This document shows, piece by piece, positions 26,704 to 41,090 of a stretch of 64,000 bases of DNA; position 1 is the first letter of the stretch; each line of letters starts with the position of its first letter. Position numbers and translations under genes: made by a program. The notes beneath the pieces were generated by a model. The model was not told the origin of the DNA and did not search any database. It saw nothing but the letters and a program-made list of their open reading frames with translations. This DNA is from Octopus vulgaris (Eukaryota): assembly GCA_951406725.2 (NCBI GenBank), contig OX597818.1, positions 141,422,001-141,486,000 on the forward strand. The letters run 5' to 3'.

Positions 26704-28153
26704 CTCTAAAGGATCATAAATCATCATTCAATTTGTACTCTGCAGATGAAAATCAAGAAACACTGCTACAAACATTACACAAATTTACTAGAAGTTTTGA
26801 GAGAACATCAGGTTTAAGAAAATGAGCCACTCTGAAAGTTAAGAATACTAATATCATATTAGATAACGACATACACATAAGATATTTTAACCAAACAGAA
26901 ACTTACAAATATTCAGGCATTAATGAACTAGACAGACACAAATAAGTGGAAGGTTTAGATAGGAATATTATAGACATAATAGTTTAATATTTAGAGGAGA
27001 GATAAATAAAAGAAACAAGTTAATAAGCATCAATAACTCAGCTGACCAGGTTATGACTTATATTTATAATGTTCGCAAATTGTCGCTAGAGGAATTAGCA
27101 AGACTAGACAGAATGTAATGATTGCATTTCCAATAAAGAAAAACCTAAAATTCGTTACAGAAATGTTACATTTATCACAAATACCAGATGAAAGAAGTCA
27201 TATGCAAAGAGAAAATTATTGTAAAATATCACTGTAAGGCTACAAAACTTTTCCACTACATAATCATGGAAAACTGTTCAAATAGCTACAAAGCAAGATG
27301 GTAAAAAAACCCGTTACTATTTTGAAGAAAATAAAAAATACAAAACGGTAACCAAATGTGACAGACGATTATGAGGAGAAATTGGAAACAACAACAGAAA
27401 TTGTTAAAAAGCTAAAATAGAAACTAGCCAAAAATAGGTTTACAGAATGTCGTACTAAAATAATTGTAAAAAAACCTCCTACACTGCCTAATAGGTAAAA
27501 CACTGCTTGGTAAGAAAATGAATACAAAAAATAAAGAATCACAGCACCGACTGAGGCTGAACAATTTTGATTACTGGACTAAAATATTGTTTTCTCTTCA
27601 GAAATCAGTCAAAGATTGTAATTAAGCTGGATATATGAAATAACTTCAGAAAAAGTTGATGAAGACACGCGTAGGTGTCTTGACTTTAACTTGTGCAACT
27701 TCGCTCAGAGAAAATACAAATACAGGCGTGACAAAATAAGGAAGTTTTTTTTAGTACATTTTATACATTGCTAGCATTATGAAATTTCCACATAAAAAAG
27801 AAATTTTAATATCTCAGACAAAGTGGACATATTGGAATAATAATAAAAAGAAGATTCACCTTACTATTCTTCTTCTTCTTTTGATTATTGTTATTATTAT
27901 TTTTCTATGTTTGACTTTTGCTTCATATTTGTACAAGTTGGCTCCAAGTCTCACCCAGAGACCTCAAGAGACAAGAGGTTGGAAGTTCATGTTGTTGTTA
28001 TGCCTAGTGTGCCATATATTTGTTTTTTTGGGGGGGCGTGTTGTACTAGTGACTGTCTAAAAAAAAAAACGAAAGTTATGTTTGTTTTAAACCTTGAGAT
28101 TACATAGAAAGTATTTTGCGTAGGATATGAACAGTTCTCATGAGCACTATCTT

Positions 28154-28721
28154 TTAAATTTCTGCTATTTTGGGGTTTCCTGGTATCTGAGTTAGGTAGC
28201 AATCAGCCCCTTTTGCTATCATTCCCAGGGCACCTATGACAACAGGTAGTGTTTTAGTCTTGAGCTTCAACATTGTGCTGATTTCTATTTCAAGATCTTT
28301 ATATTTGCTCAGTTTTTGGTAGGTCGTGACAGATACGTTTATATCAATTGGGACAGTCATATCAATGAGGAGGCATGTTTTTTGTTTGACGTCTTTCAAT
28401 ATGATGTCTGGCCTATTTTCATCTATCTTTCTGTCAGTTTGAATGGGGAAGTTCCAGAGGAGTGAGGTGTGGTCATTTTCAAGCACTGGAGGTGGTTTGT
28501 GTTCCCACCAGTTTTTTTCATGGGGCAAATCCAGGTTTTTGCAGATTACCCAGTGAATATATTGTGCAGCTCTATCATGCATGTTGCGATACTCTGTAGG
28601 CGCTAGGAGACTGCACTTGGAGACAACCTGATCAATGGTTTCATTTTGTTGTAGACATACACGACATGTTGGGCTACTGCCGTCCTTTAATATGTTGGCC
28701 TGGTTGTTTCTTGTTGTAGGC
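28154..28721 (-). pseudogene. Open frame of the R4/Dong-type LINE C-terminus (zinc knuckle plus PD-(D/E)xK endonuclease), 5'-truncated
   Basis: ORF 28154..28807: CRVCLQQNETIDQVVSKC, HDRAAQYIHW, RPDIILKD, LIDMTVP, KLSKYKDL, LPVVIGALG. The N-terminal part of the ORF is microsatellite. Confidence 0.85.
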
Positions 28722-29990
28722 ATTATTATTATTATTATTATAATTATTATTATTATTATTATTATTATTAGTAGTAGTAGTAGTAGTAGTAGTAGTTGTA
28801 GTATCATTATTATTACTGTTATGGTAGCGAGCTGGCAGAATCATTAACACGTCGGGCGTAATGCGTAGCCGTATTTCGTCTGCCGTTACGTTCTGAGTTC
28901 AAATTCCGCCGAGGTCGACTCTGCCTTTCATCCTTTCGGCGTCGATAAATTAAGTATCAGTTACGCACTGGGGTCTATGTAATCGACTTAATCCGTTTGT
29001 CTGTCGTTGTTTGTCCCCTCTGTATTTAGCCTCTTGTGGGCAGTAAAGAAATATGTATTCCTCCTGAGTTCAAACCTGCCAAGGTCGTCTTTACCTTCAT
29101 TCTTTTAGGGTCGATAAAATCAATAAATGTTGGAGACTGGAGTCGATTTAATCGACTCATCCCCTCCACCAAAATTGCTGCCCTTGAGACAAAATTTGAA
29201 ACAATTGCTATTATTATTGTTATTTACTTTTAATCTGCATGTTTGTTACAATCACTTGCCGAGACAGCCCAGTGTCCTAGGGTAAGTGGAGGATAAGAGA
29301 TGTTACGGTATAAATGAAAACTTGCAGGGCGAAAGTTGAAGGGAAAGTAGCGAAATATCCTCATGTAACACAACACAGACATTTAAATTGATAGGGTTTT
29401 TCTACAAATGTGGGCAGTACTTGTCAGCACAATCTTTTGGATTTCTCTGAGACATGGTTCTCCTGGGATGTTGTTTAGATGTTTCTGACATCCCTGTTTC
29501 ATCATACCTAGGGTACCTAGGAACAGTTCTCGTTTTAAGATGCTACATCTTCTGTGTTTCATTTACCAGGTGCTTATATTTACTTAATTTGTCAAATTCC
29601 TTTACAGATATATTTTTATCGGTAGGAAAACTTACATGTATTAGTCTACAAGTATTTTCCTCCCCGTCTTTAATAACTATGTCTGGTCCAATAGCCTGGA
29701 TCGTTCTATCAGTGTTGATTGGAAAATCTCAGAGGATAGTGACGTTTTAACCTTCAATGACTGGCTCAAGATGATGTTCATATTATTATAAATGCGACAA
29801 GCTTGCAGAATCATTAGCGGGCTGGGTGAAACGCTTCGCAGTATATCGCCAGTCGCTGCGGTCTGAGTTCAATTTCCGCCGAGAAATTTCAGGGTCGATA
29901 ACTTAAGCACCAGTGAAACACTGGGATTTGTGTAATCGATGAGATCCCTCTCCCAGATTGTCAGGCCTTGTGCCTTAAATAGTGAGGATA

Positions 29991-30040
<50 letters not shown>

Positions 30041-30041
<1 letters not shown>

Positions 30042-30360
30042 GAGTGAGAGAGCAGTTCATGCCATCAAAGTGACACTGGGGTAAAATATACGAAGCCCAA
30101 TATACCCATCATGACTACCCGTCTGATAAGGGCATACCAGGCACATGCATCACAACCATATGTGCGCGGCATGGTGATCTCATGTCAAGATAAACTGCAC
30201 ATGACCTTGCAGGTGGGGCCCAGTTAGAATTTTCTTCAGGTTGAGTAGCCCATCCCGCTCAAACGGTCCCTGAATAAGGGTTGTTTAAGGATGTTGAAAA
30301 ACCCACCCATGTCTCCAGAGGTGAATTTTATCTCCAGAGGTGAATTTCTCCAGAGGTGAA

Positions 30361-30362
<2 letters not shown>
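30041..30362 (-). mobile_element. Probable 3' end of a non-LTR element inserted in (TAA)n; collapsed counterpart at 19231-19470
   Basis: GC-richer ~320-bp block sharply bounded by (TTA)n on both sides; no tRNA head. Orientation is inferred. Confidence 0.5.
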
Positions 30363-30420
<58 letters not shown>

Positions 30421-30459
30421 CATCATCATTATTATTATCATCATTATTATTATTATTAA

Positions 30460-30537
<78 letters not shown>

Positions 30538-30576
30538 CATCATCATTATTATTATCATCATTATTATTATTATTAA

Positions 30577-30660
<84 letters not shown>

Positions 30661-30671
30661 TATTATTATTA

Positions 30672-30745
<74 letters not shown>

Positions 30746-31419
30746 GACGGCGATCTGGCAAAATCGTTAGCACGCTGGGTAAAGTGCTTAGCTGCATTTA
30801 GTCTGTCTTTACGTTCTGAGTTCATATTCCGCCAAGGCCTACTTTGATTTTCATCCAATCGGAGTGTATGAAATAGATGAAATAAGTACCACCCAAGAGC
30901 TGGGGGTCGATGAACTCCACTAGTCCCCACCCGACGCAAAATGTCACGCCTTGTGCTTATAGCGGAAAGGATTACAGGCGGCGAACTGGTAGAGTCGTTA
31001 GCTCACCGGGAGAAATGCTTAGCGGTATTTCACCTTGCATCACGTTCTGAGTTCAAATGCTGCTGGGGTCGACTTTGCCTTTCATCGTTTCGGGGCCGAT
31101 AAAATAAGTGCCAGATGAGTACTGGAGTCGATGTAATCGACTTGCCTCCTCCCATAAAATTTCAGGCGTTGTGCCTTTAGTAGAAATAATAATTATTATT
31201 GGTCACATCTCTGTCATCCTTCCCGCCACTTTCATTTAAAACGTTGTATGCTATGCATATGTCCCTTCTTTTTCAGTGTATGCCATGGATACTTACCTTC
31301 TTTATCTCTTTCATATTTTTAATCATTTTATTATATGTAAACACTCACACTTTATGTCTGTATTTGCTTTGTCCCCCTCATCCTTCGCCCTTGTGTCAAA
31401 TAAATGAAATCATTAATAC

Positions 31420-31471
<52 letters not shown>

Positions 31472-31478
31472 GTTATTA

Positions 31479-31513
<35 letters not shown>

Positions 31514-31771
31514 GTTATTATTGTTATTATTATTATTATTGTTATTATTGTTATTATTATTATTATTATTGTTGTTATTATTGTTATTATTATTATAATT
31601 ATTATTATTGTTATTATTGTTATTATTATTATTATTGTTATTATTATTGTTATTATTATTATTATTATTATTATCATTATTATTATTATTATTATTGTTA
31701 TTATTAATATTCTTTCTTTCTTCAAATTTTCTTCTATTTTGTTTTCCGTACACCTAGGGCAGAGAATTTTA

Positions 31772-31844
<73 letters not shown>

Positions 31845-32775
31845 GGCGGCAAGCAGGCAGAATTGTTAGCATGCCGTGAAAATCCCCTGCGGCCTTTCGT
31901 CCGTCTTTACATTCAGAGTTCAAATTCCACCTAGGTTAACTTTGCCAGTCATCCTTAAATAACTTTGCCAGTCATCGATAAAATAAGTACCAGTTGAACA
32001 CTGAGGTGGATATTGTCCACTTATCCCCTACACCAATCTTGCTAGCCTTACGTCAACATTTGAAACCTTTATTATTAATAATAATTAGGTTCACGATCTC
32101 CCAAATTTGCAAACCATAACGCCATGCAGTTTTACATCGGTCTCTTCATTTTCACTTTCTGATTTCAAATTCCGCTGGGGTCAACTTTGCCTTTTATCCT
32201 TCCTTTCCCGATAAAATACTGTTTTAGTCAAGTATTGGCGTCGATGGTATCGAGTAAGCCCCATTCCTGAAAATTGATAGACGTGTGTCTAAATTGGAAA
32301 GCATTTATATTATTGCGGACATTTTCTGTTTGATTGCTTGATATATTCTTATCAATATTGATCGATTGTGGCCTGTCAGAAAGATAACAGCAAATGCCAT
32401 TTTATGTTGTTTATGACGCGTGCCTTATCGAACATAATCGATTCTATAGTTTGATAAAAAAAAATGATTGTGTATGTGTGAGTGCGTGTGTACGTGTATG
32501 TATGATTATGACACAAACACACCCAAGCACACACATACATGTCACTAAATATAAATTAATGTTAAACGATATAATATAAGCGAATAAACAAAATGAAAAT
32601 ATAATAAAGAGGAAACTAAGTTGATGAAATCACTCTATCGATATTGTTCGTCCAAGACTAACGTCAATTTTTTTGTTATCCCATAAATTTTTTTCAGTCA
32701 GGCTGTTACAAGTTATAATAGTTTACTACATATGTATGAGTATAGATGTATGTATGTATGTGTGTGTGTGTGCGC

Positions 32776-32855
<80 letters not shown>

Positions 32856-34359
32856 ATACACAGATATAAACAACGTTTAATAAAGTTATTAGAATGCATA
32901 TTTGACATAAAGACACTGCAAAACAAGCAAAACAAGTAGAATGGTTTACATACATACACACATAAACAAACCTATTTATGTGTGTGTATATGTTTGTATA
33001 TGTGTTCGTGTGAGTGTTTGTTTGTACGCATGTATGTATGTACGTACGTATTGGTATTAGTATTAGTATTAACTGGTGATTCTACCGTTATATCTAGTTT
33101 TCTCTTTAACACGGTTCTTGAAATAACAATATATTACATTCATATATACATGCGTACATGTGTGTGTGTATGTGAGTGTTTGCGCATGTGTGTGGCATAC
33201 GTGTCCTCAATGGACTTTCAGCTTCTCTGCTTGTTTATTTGTATGAACGTTTTAACATGTTTGCCTGTATGCCTGATGGGGTAGTGAGAAACCGGTAGCC
33301 TTGTGAATTTATTAAAAAAGATTTGTTCCATTTGCATTGTTTTGAAAACTATTTTGAGTGGAGGTAATACTACCATGTATTCACTTACTTGTATACAGAA
33401 GATCTAACGGATCTCTAAAATGAGATCCGGTATTTTAGAGATAAAAATAAGAAAGTGTAAATTGATTTTGAATATTAGTGTTGTAAAGGAAGTGTAGGAA
33501 TCTAGTAATGTCTTGCATCAGCAAAATCAAAATTAATAATATGTTTTGGTGAGCTTATAAACAGTAAAGAAGAGAAAGTTATGTAAGTTTAGGAGGAAGA
33601 CCTCCATAGGAAAGAGAGAATTTTAACTCTCGAAGCTTTCAATGAAGATGTAGATTCTATAGAAATCTGTTCGAATTGAGTAGTGGAGGACAGAAGTGAT
33701 GTTAACTTAAGAGAATATGAAGTAGAAAATAAAGATGTTGGAAACTTATAGACTAGAGAAATGGAGGTGGAATAGAATTTGCTAGGGTTTAGAGGGCTCT
33801 CATGAAATTTCTTCGGTAAACATAATTATAATTAAATATACGCATGAACACAGGTATTTATATACACAGTTGTCAATATGTTGACACAATCACGAACGTA
33901 AATTAATATGTGTGTGTGTGTGTGTGTGTGTGCGTGTGTGTGTGTGTGTGTATTTGTGAACGCAGGCACAAAGATACACATATATAATCACACACATGTG
34001 CCTATATATATGGCCAGAAATGCGCACACATTCACCTGTGTGATTCTTCTCACAGTCTATCAAAAACCTTCAAACGCTTTGTTTGTACCACATCTGATCC
34101 TTCACTTGTAATGTACCACACCTGATGCTTTATATCGTAATGCCACAAACAACACTGTCCAAAAAATCTAGCATCAACTTACACAAGACTTGGGCTGTTA
34201 CCCCACTAAAACTACCTCTTGCATTACATGGAAATTCTGCTCCATATTTTATATCGAAGAAACATGACGCCCTTCTGCAGATCAATTCTTGGAACACTTC
34301 TCGAGTGTCCCCCACTGCAATTCAGGAAATCCGATGTTCTTCCCACTTGAGCATATCGA

Positions 34360-34765
34360 GTTGTGTCTTATCTAGTTCATGGATTCCTAAGTTTGGCTTT
34401 GGTCTAATTCTTTTATTTCATTGGTTTTATCTAGTGTGATGTTGCTGCTCTTAACTAGTTTACCTCTTTTCAGGGTTACTTTGGCGCATTTTTCTAATCC
34501 AAATTTCATATCTATTTCTTTGGTAAATCCATGAACTGTCTTTAATAGTGTTTCCAGCTGTTTGTCATTTGCAGCGTATAGTTTTAGGGCATCCATATAT
34601 AAAAGGTGGCTGATCGTTTTGCCGTAACATTTATATCCGCATCCAGTTCTATTTAGCATATCAGATAGAGGTGACAGGGCCAAGCAGAAAAGGAGTGGAG
34701 AGAGCGTGTCTCCCTGGAATATTCCTTTTCTAATGGGGATGGCTTTGGTTTTCATAACACACCTC
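34360..34765 (-). pseudogene. R4/Dong-type LINE reverse transcriptase fragment
   Basis: IRKGIFQGDTLSPLLFCLAL, ISHLLYMDALKLY (YMDD changed to YMDA), MKFGLEKC. Confidence 0.9.
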
Positions 34766-35035
34766 TGCGTATATTGAGGGTTCATACGTAACAGGGCGTC
34801 ATACTCTAGAAAACATCAATAGGTGTAACATTTTCGAGGCTCAGGATGTACTTTGTCATGGCCCTAAATGAAAGTCTCACCTCTGTTTATAAATCTCACA
34901 CTAGGCTTCCTGTACTTATGATATTTGCTAAGTAGCATAGATTTAATTGAGATGTATTTTGTATATATTCGGATGTATTCATGCAGATGTAAGTATACTT
35001 GTATTTGAAATGAATGAATGTATTCTATCTGTATG

Positions 35036-35352
35036 TGTGGCTTAGTGGTTAGGGTATTCGGTTCACTATCGTAAGGTCTTGTGTTCGATTACCGGCAGTG
35101 CGCTGTGTACTTGAGTATGACACTTTATTTTACGTTGCTCCAGTCCAGTTCAATTAGCTGGCAAAATGTGTAGTGCCTCTAATTCAAATGGCCAGCCTTG
35201 TCATATTCTGCGTCACGCTGAATTGCCCCGAGAACTACATTAAAAGTACACGTGTCTGTAGCGTGCTCGGCCACTTGCACGTTAATTTTACAAGCAGCTG
35301 TTCTGTCCATTGCATCAACTATAACCCTCGTCGTCGTAACCGACGGAATGCC
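35036..35352 (+). mobile_element. tRNA-derived SINE (CORE-like centre, family B tail)
   Basis: A box TGGCTTAGTGG, B box GTTCGATTAC, tail 'ccctcgtcgtcgtaaccgacgg'. Confidence 0.8.
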
Positions 35353-35499
35353 AGTTGTATATATGGGAAAACATGGACATGTATGTGCGTATACATGTAT
35401 TGGTATAGACATGGTTATTCTATGAGGTGTTCAAATTCAGTTAGTGATATCGATCTTACCCTTCATCCTTCCACTCAATAAAAGTATTATCTTTAACTT

Positions 35500-35940
35500 G
35501 CAGAGATAGAATCTATCAGCATATTCTCCTTATGTAGACATGCAAGCCTTTGTGACAATGCACCAAATCACTATTACTGCTTCCTTTAAAGCACCTCTGC
35601 GGGCTACGGAGACACTGCTGAAGTCGAGATTCCAAGGTACTCAACAAATGAATGATAAATGTTAGTGTTCTTAGAATACAATCTCTTGCTACCACCATTT
35701 CTTTGCGTATTTAATTGAACTTGGGATGGCAGGATAATAACCCTGTCTTTAGTTTTAAACTGTTGCAACTCCTTAAAGCAATGAATACTACCATTTGTAG
35801 CAATACGGCCAATTCCCAAGATATTTCCTCTCTTAGGAATGGCATGACAGAGGCAAATATGTTGTTAATTGGTCGCATTGCAGGGCAAGTAAATAGGATG
35901 AAAACCACTGACCTCTTACTGGGCTGTTCATTAACATAAT
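35500..35940 (-). mobile_element. Degraded RTE-like LINE RT remnant
   Basis: Weak motifs 'PSKRSVVFILFT', 'SFVEYLG', 'YIRRIC' in the expected order. Confidence 0.4.
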
Positions 35941-36492
35941 GAGTGTGGAATTGGCGGTCCTTCAAACAAATAACTCCATACATAGTTGTTTCTTGCATAT
36001 GTGTACATGAGTTTGCGAGTATGTCAAAGCGCACATACGCATTTATGTGTATGTGTGCATGGAGGAGCATGTGCGCGCGCCAGCGTGCGTGTATGTGTGT
36101 GAATTCCAAACCTATAGCTTTACGCTGAGAGCTGGATTAATATTAGTTTGAAGTGGATTTCTGGCAAATTACAGTTGAAGCTGTGAGAAAGTAGAAAATA
36201 AGGCTTTACATGTCGCTTTGATAAACGACGTCATCAACGAGTCGATCGCTTTAAGTGCATTTGTAAAGAATTGTGGAAAGTGTAATTGTATCCACATAGA
36301 AACTAGATTTATATAAAAACAGTGGAGAGAATATTTATTAACATTTTCCTTGACGAATACTACAGTTCGAAGAAATTAAACTTCTGACAACCTGAGCTCA
36401 GAGTACGGTTTCTGTTTCCAAGTAGGAGCTACTTCAATTTGGTTATAGCATAGATGATTTTAGCATATATGCTAACATATATGGAATGGAAC

Positions 36493-36870
36493 CACTCCGT
36501 CGGTTACGACGACGAGGGTTCCGGTTGATCCGATCAACGGAACAGCCTGCTCGTGAAATTAACGTTTAAGTGGCTGAGCACTCCACAGACACGTGCACCT
36601 TTAACGTAGTTCTCGGGGATATTCAGCGTGACACAGAGAGTGACAAGGCCGGCCCCTTGAAATACAGGTACAACAGAAACAGGAAGAAAGAGTGAGAGAA
36701 AGTTTTGGTGAAAGAGTACAGCAGGGATCACCACCATCCCCTGCCGGAGCCTCGTGGAGCTTTAGGTGTTTTCGCTCAATAAACACTCACAACGCCCGGT
36801 CTGGGAATCGAAACCGCGATCCTACGACCGCGAATCCGCTGCCCTAACCACTGGGCCATTGCGCCTCCAC
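36493..36870 (-). mobile_element. tRNA-derived SINE family B, full length
   Basis: Head GTGGAGGCGCAATGGCCCAGTGGTTAGGG...GTTTCGATTCC; near-identical copy at 58315-58703. Confidence 0.9.
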
Positions 36871-37375
36871 ATAGAGCATTTTGTAGTGTGATGATGTGCT
36901 AGGCAATAACGATTAAGCATTAATCTGGTAATCGAAGAGGTACTGAAACGGTGATGGCCCGGTGAAGAGTGGGTTTAAAGCTATTGCACTCGTCAACACT
37001 ATTTGGAATATCTCTGTATCAGTCAGTGCATGAAATTATTTGTTGTAGAGAGTTGAATTTTGAAAGCAGTCGCTTTCTGCACTGGTAACATGGGTATAGG
37101 ATGGATGTGAGAACCAAGAAGATTTTTCAGTATTTAAGTCACCGACGACGATGAAATCAGAGAAGAGTATAATTAGATTGGTGTCATCGATAGTAGAAGA
37201 GAAATTGTCGCAGAGGTGGTCGTGGGTTTAGGAAAAGTTTTTAAAGGAGTTGAGGAAAGAAATGAGTATTACCTTCTAAGACCTTCTGTATGATATTCGA
37301 GTGAGAGCCGAATGGTGTGGAGACTGTAATTTGCACGTGTGTATGCAGTACATTTGGGAGTGAAGTATGATTGTA

Positions 37376-37780
37376 TACTCTTTTTCTCTTTTACTCTTTT
37401 ACTTGTTTCAGTCATTTGACTGTGGCCATGCTGGAGCACCGCCTTTAGTTGAGCAAATCGACGACCCCAGGACTTATTCTTTGTAAGCCCAGTACTTATT
37501 CTATCAGTCTCTTTTGCCGAACCGCTAAGTGACGGGGACGTAAACACACCTGCATCGGTTGTCAAGCAATGCTAGGGGGACAAACACACACATACACATA
37601 CATATATATATATATTCGACAGGCTTCTTTCAGTTTCCGTCTACCAAATCCACTCACAAGGCATTGGTCGGCGCGGGGCTATAGCAGAAGACACTTGCCC
37701 AAGATGCCATGCAGTGGGACTGAACCCGGAACCATGTGGTTGGTAAACAAGCTACTTACCACACAGCCACTCCTGCGCCT
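37376..37780 (-). mobile_element. tRNA-derived CORE-like SINE family A, full length
   Basis: Head AGGCGCAGGAGTGGCTGTGTGG...GGTTCAGTCC; CORE-like 'cttgggcaagtgtctt'; internal microsatellite; (AAAGAGT)-type tail; many copies in the window. Confidence 0.9.
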
Positions 37781-38273
37781 ATCGATATTAAGGAAGATAT
37801 ACAAAATGCTATTCTGAACTAAAGCTGCTTGCATCGCTAATGACGAGTGTTTCGGGTCTACAACTAAGTGGCATATGTCTGCCAGCGGTGTGCTTAGGCA
37901 TTTTGTTCACATTTCGATGGTTGCGGAACTATGAGCACTAAACGGATTCTGTACGAATAGTGATTCGCTTTGTAGCAGGCCGCAGAATTTTTGGATCTCA
38001 TTTTACATAATACATGTGTAAGTGTGTGTGCGCGCGTGTGCGTGTATGTATGCGTGTATGTCTGTGTATGGGTGTGTGTATGTGTGTGGGTGTGCGCACA
38101 GATAGACTGACAGGGCAATTGATGGCTAGATAGATACATACATGTACGCTTACATACATTTATACATATAAGCATACATAGACAGATATATGTATGAGTA
38201 TAAATATTGATATGCAATACGTCCGTGCGAATTAGCGAATGTTTTACAATAAGATATAAAATGGTTTGTGTGT

Positions 38274-38384
<111 letters not shown>

Positions 38385-38443
38385 ATCTATGTATATATAT
38401 ATATATATTCATGTATATATATATGTATGTATATATATATATA

Positions 38444-38478
<35 letters not shown>

Positions 38479-38723
38479 CGACTTCCATGCAGTATTCAGT
38501 TTTCTACGCTTACAAATCATAGACATCCATATATATTTTATACGTATGTATATATATACATTTATTTGTGTATACGTGTAAGCATATATGTACGTATATG
38601 CATGTACATATATTTGCGAATATATATTATTGAATTTATATACATAGAGAGTATATATATATATTTGCATACCTATCTGTGTGCGAGAGAGATTTTTCTA
38701 CGCAGAAACACACACATATACAC

Positions 38724-38763
<40 letters not shown>

Positions 38764-38867
38764 TCATACGCATGTATGAACACATACATAAGCACACACA
38801 CATATATATATGTAACATATTCATACGTACAAATATATTATATATTTACATATATATGTGATGTGTG

Positions 38868-38930
<63 letters not shown>

Positions 38931-39730
38931 ACACACGCGTATAGATAGATAAAGAGAGAGAGAGAGGGAGAGAGACATGCAGATATATAGACATATGGAT
39001 ATACAGATATATAGAAATAAGTGTACATACATATATTGATGCATAGATTCACACACATCGACCGAGAGGAATTTTGAAGCTCAAAGGAAAAGAAAGAAAT
39101 GATAACAAAACAGAAAAACCAAAACCTGGAAAGAAAAAACCGTGCAAAGAAAACTATATACGCTAAACTTATATTTACAACAACAGTTCTTGAAACAACT
39201 CAAAACTGTTGCATGAACAATAGTAATTTTGTATAATTTCTTTTCCTACCAACGTATTTTTGTCAAACAATTACATATATAAAGAAGAACATATTTTCAT
39301 TTACTCATGAAGAATTATATTCTTTTAGCACCACCTATCAACATTTTCATTTTTTTTTCTTTGTTGCTGTAGCTATGTATATATTTTTTGTGTGTGTATG
39401 TGTGTGTTCTCCTTCTGCTCCATCGTTTTTTTTTTTTCTTCCTTCATCTTCAATAAATAATTGTCAATGGAAATTGTGTTCAACTCCTGCAAATATGGCC
39501 CCAAACACTAATTGGAGATAATACAAGCGGAAACTGTACCAATTCAGCTGAAAGTGCCATGGCAGCTGGGATATTTTCCATAAGTCTTTACATGAACTTA
39601 AGAGTTTTTGTTGAGTCTTTTTTGTGTGTGTGTGTGTATGTCTGTGTGTTTATTAACAAGGACTTTTTGTTTTTGGTCCTTTTTGTCGTTACTTATTTTC
39701 TCAATTTTTTTCCCTTTATATGTATGTATA

Positions 39731-39773
<43 letters not shown>

Positions 39774-39829
39774 GTTTAAATATTTGTTGTGCAAGATTTT
39801 TTATATATATATATGCATATATGCATGTA

Positions 39830-39892
<63 letters not shown>

Positions 39893-39988
39893 GAAGGCAT
39901 ACGCACCATAGAATATATAAATATGTATATATATATATATATATGTGTGCATATATATGTCTATATATATATATATCTATCTATCTAC

Positions 39989-40034
<46 letters not shown>

Positions 40035-40043
40035 ATCTATCCA

Positions 40044-40082
<39 letters not shown>

Positions 40083-41052
40083 ATATATATATATTCAGGT
40101 TGGTCTTTTCGCTTTATTTCTTCGTTCTTTTACATAAGAGTTTGATTCTCTGGAAATTTTTTTACACTCATTATTTCTTTCTTCAATGCAACATTTATGT
40201 CTACAGTACAGTAAATAAGCAAATAGAGAATATTTTGTTATCATTATTATTATCGAGATGACGGTGGATGGAAGATCGACAGAGCTGAGGGCAGCCCTGT
40301 TGGCAGAGAAGGCCGAGTCTTTCGAGAAGAAATTATCTGGTAGTAGATGCAGAAACAATGATGGAGGCCAAAGTAGATGGCATCCGATTTTAAATCAGTA
40401 GAGGACCTAAGGGGTGTTGTTGGATATAGAATCGTTGGAGGAAAAGCTTGATGGTGGTATATAGAGGATCCTTGGGGGATACAAAAAAGTATAATGGTGA
40501 AGGAAGAATCCCTGGAGATGAAGAGAATGACAGTGTTTGAAGAATCAGTGGAAGAAAATAGGATGAGAATGGATTAGTATCATTAGAATCAGTGGATAAA
40601 AATAGGGTGACGGTGAATGAAGAATGGGTGGAGGAAATTATGACGACCGTGCATGAATACTTGGCGGTAACAGACTAAACTGATGAAGGTATTCTAGAAG
40701 CATCCATACGTTCTGTTTTCAACTGATATGGAAGTTACCTTCGCCTTATATTGTCAGGAGGTTGATGATACAAAAATACCAGCTATGCATTGGGGTTCAT
40801 TTATTCTACCGACTTCTTTGTGTCATTCTACCTGCGTCATACACAATTTTTTGGTTGCTGTTTATTTTACTGTTGTTGCTACTTAATCTCACTTTAAATC
40901 TAATTTGTTCAGTGATCTCTCGTAGTTAAAATGCAATCAATTTAAATTACTTTGATATGATGGTAGCTTCCAGTAGTCCGAGAAAGGCAGTCCTGGAATC
41001 TCTTGCCGAGCAAGCTGCACAAATGACACACACACTCACACACACACACATG

Positions 41053-41090
<38 letters not shown>

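Larger units (their letters stand above)
22836..33634 (+). repeat. Copy 2 of the ~10.7-kb duplication (repeats all elements of 12006-22735)
   Basis: Collinear with copy 1; the ORF track is duplicated. Confidence 0.95.

Noticed and set aside
33631-33640. Copy 1 breaks at a position corresponding to a HindIII site (AAGCTT) in copy 2
   Set aside because: A single six-base coincidence, and the break is not exactly at the cut position.
36790-36870. tRNA genes at SINE heads
   Set aside because: The A/B boxes continue into multi-copy SINE bodies with tails and TSDs.
37838-37895. Minus-strand GAAAC...GTC resembling a hammerhead half
   Set aside because: No CUGANGA core at the required position.
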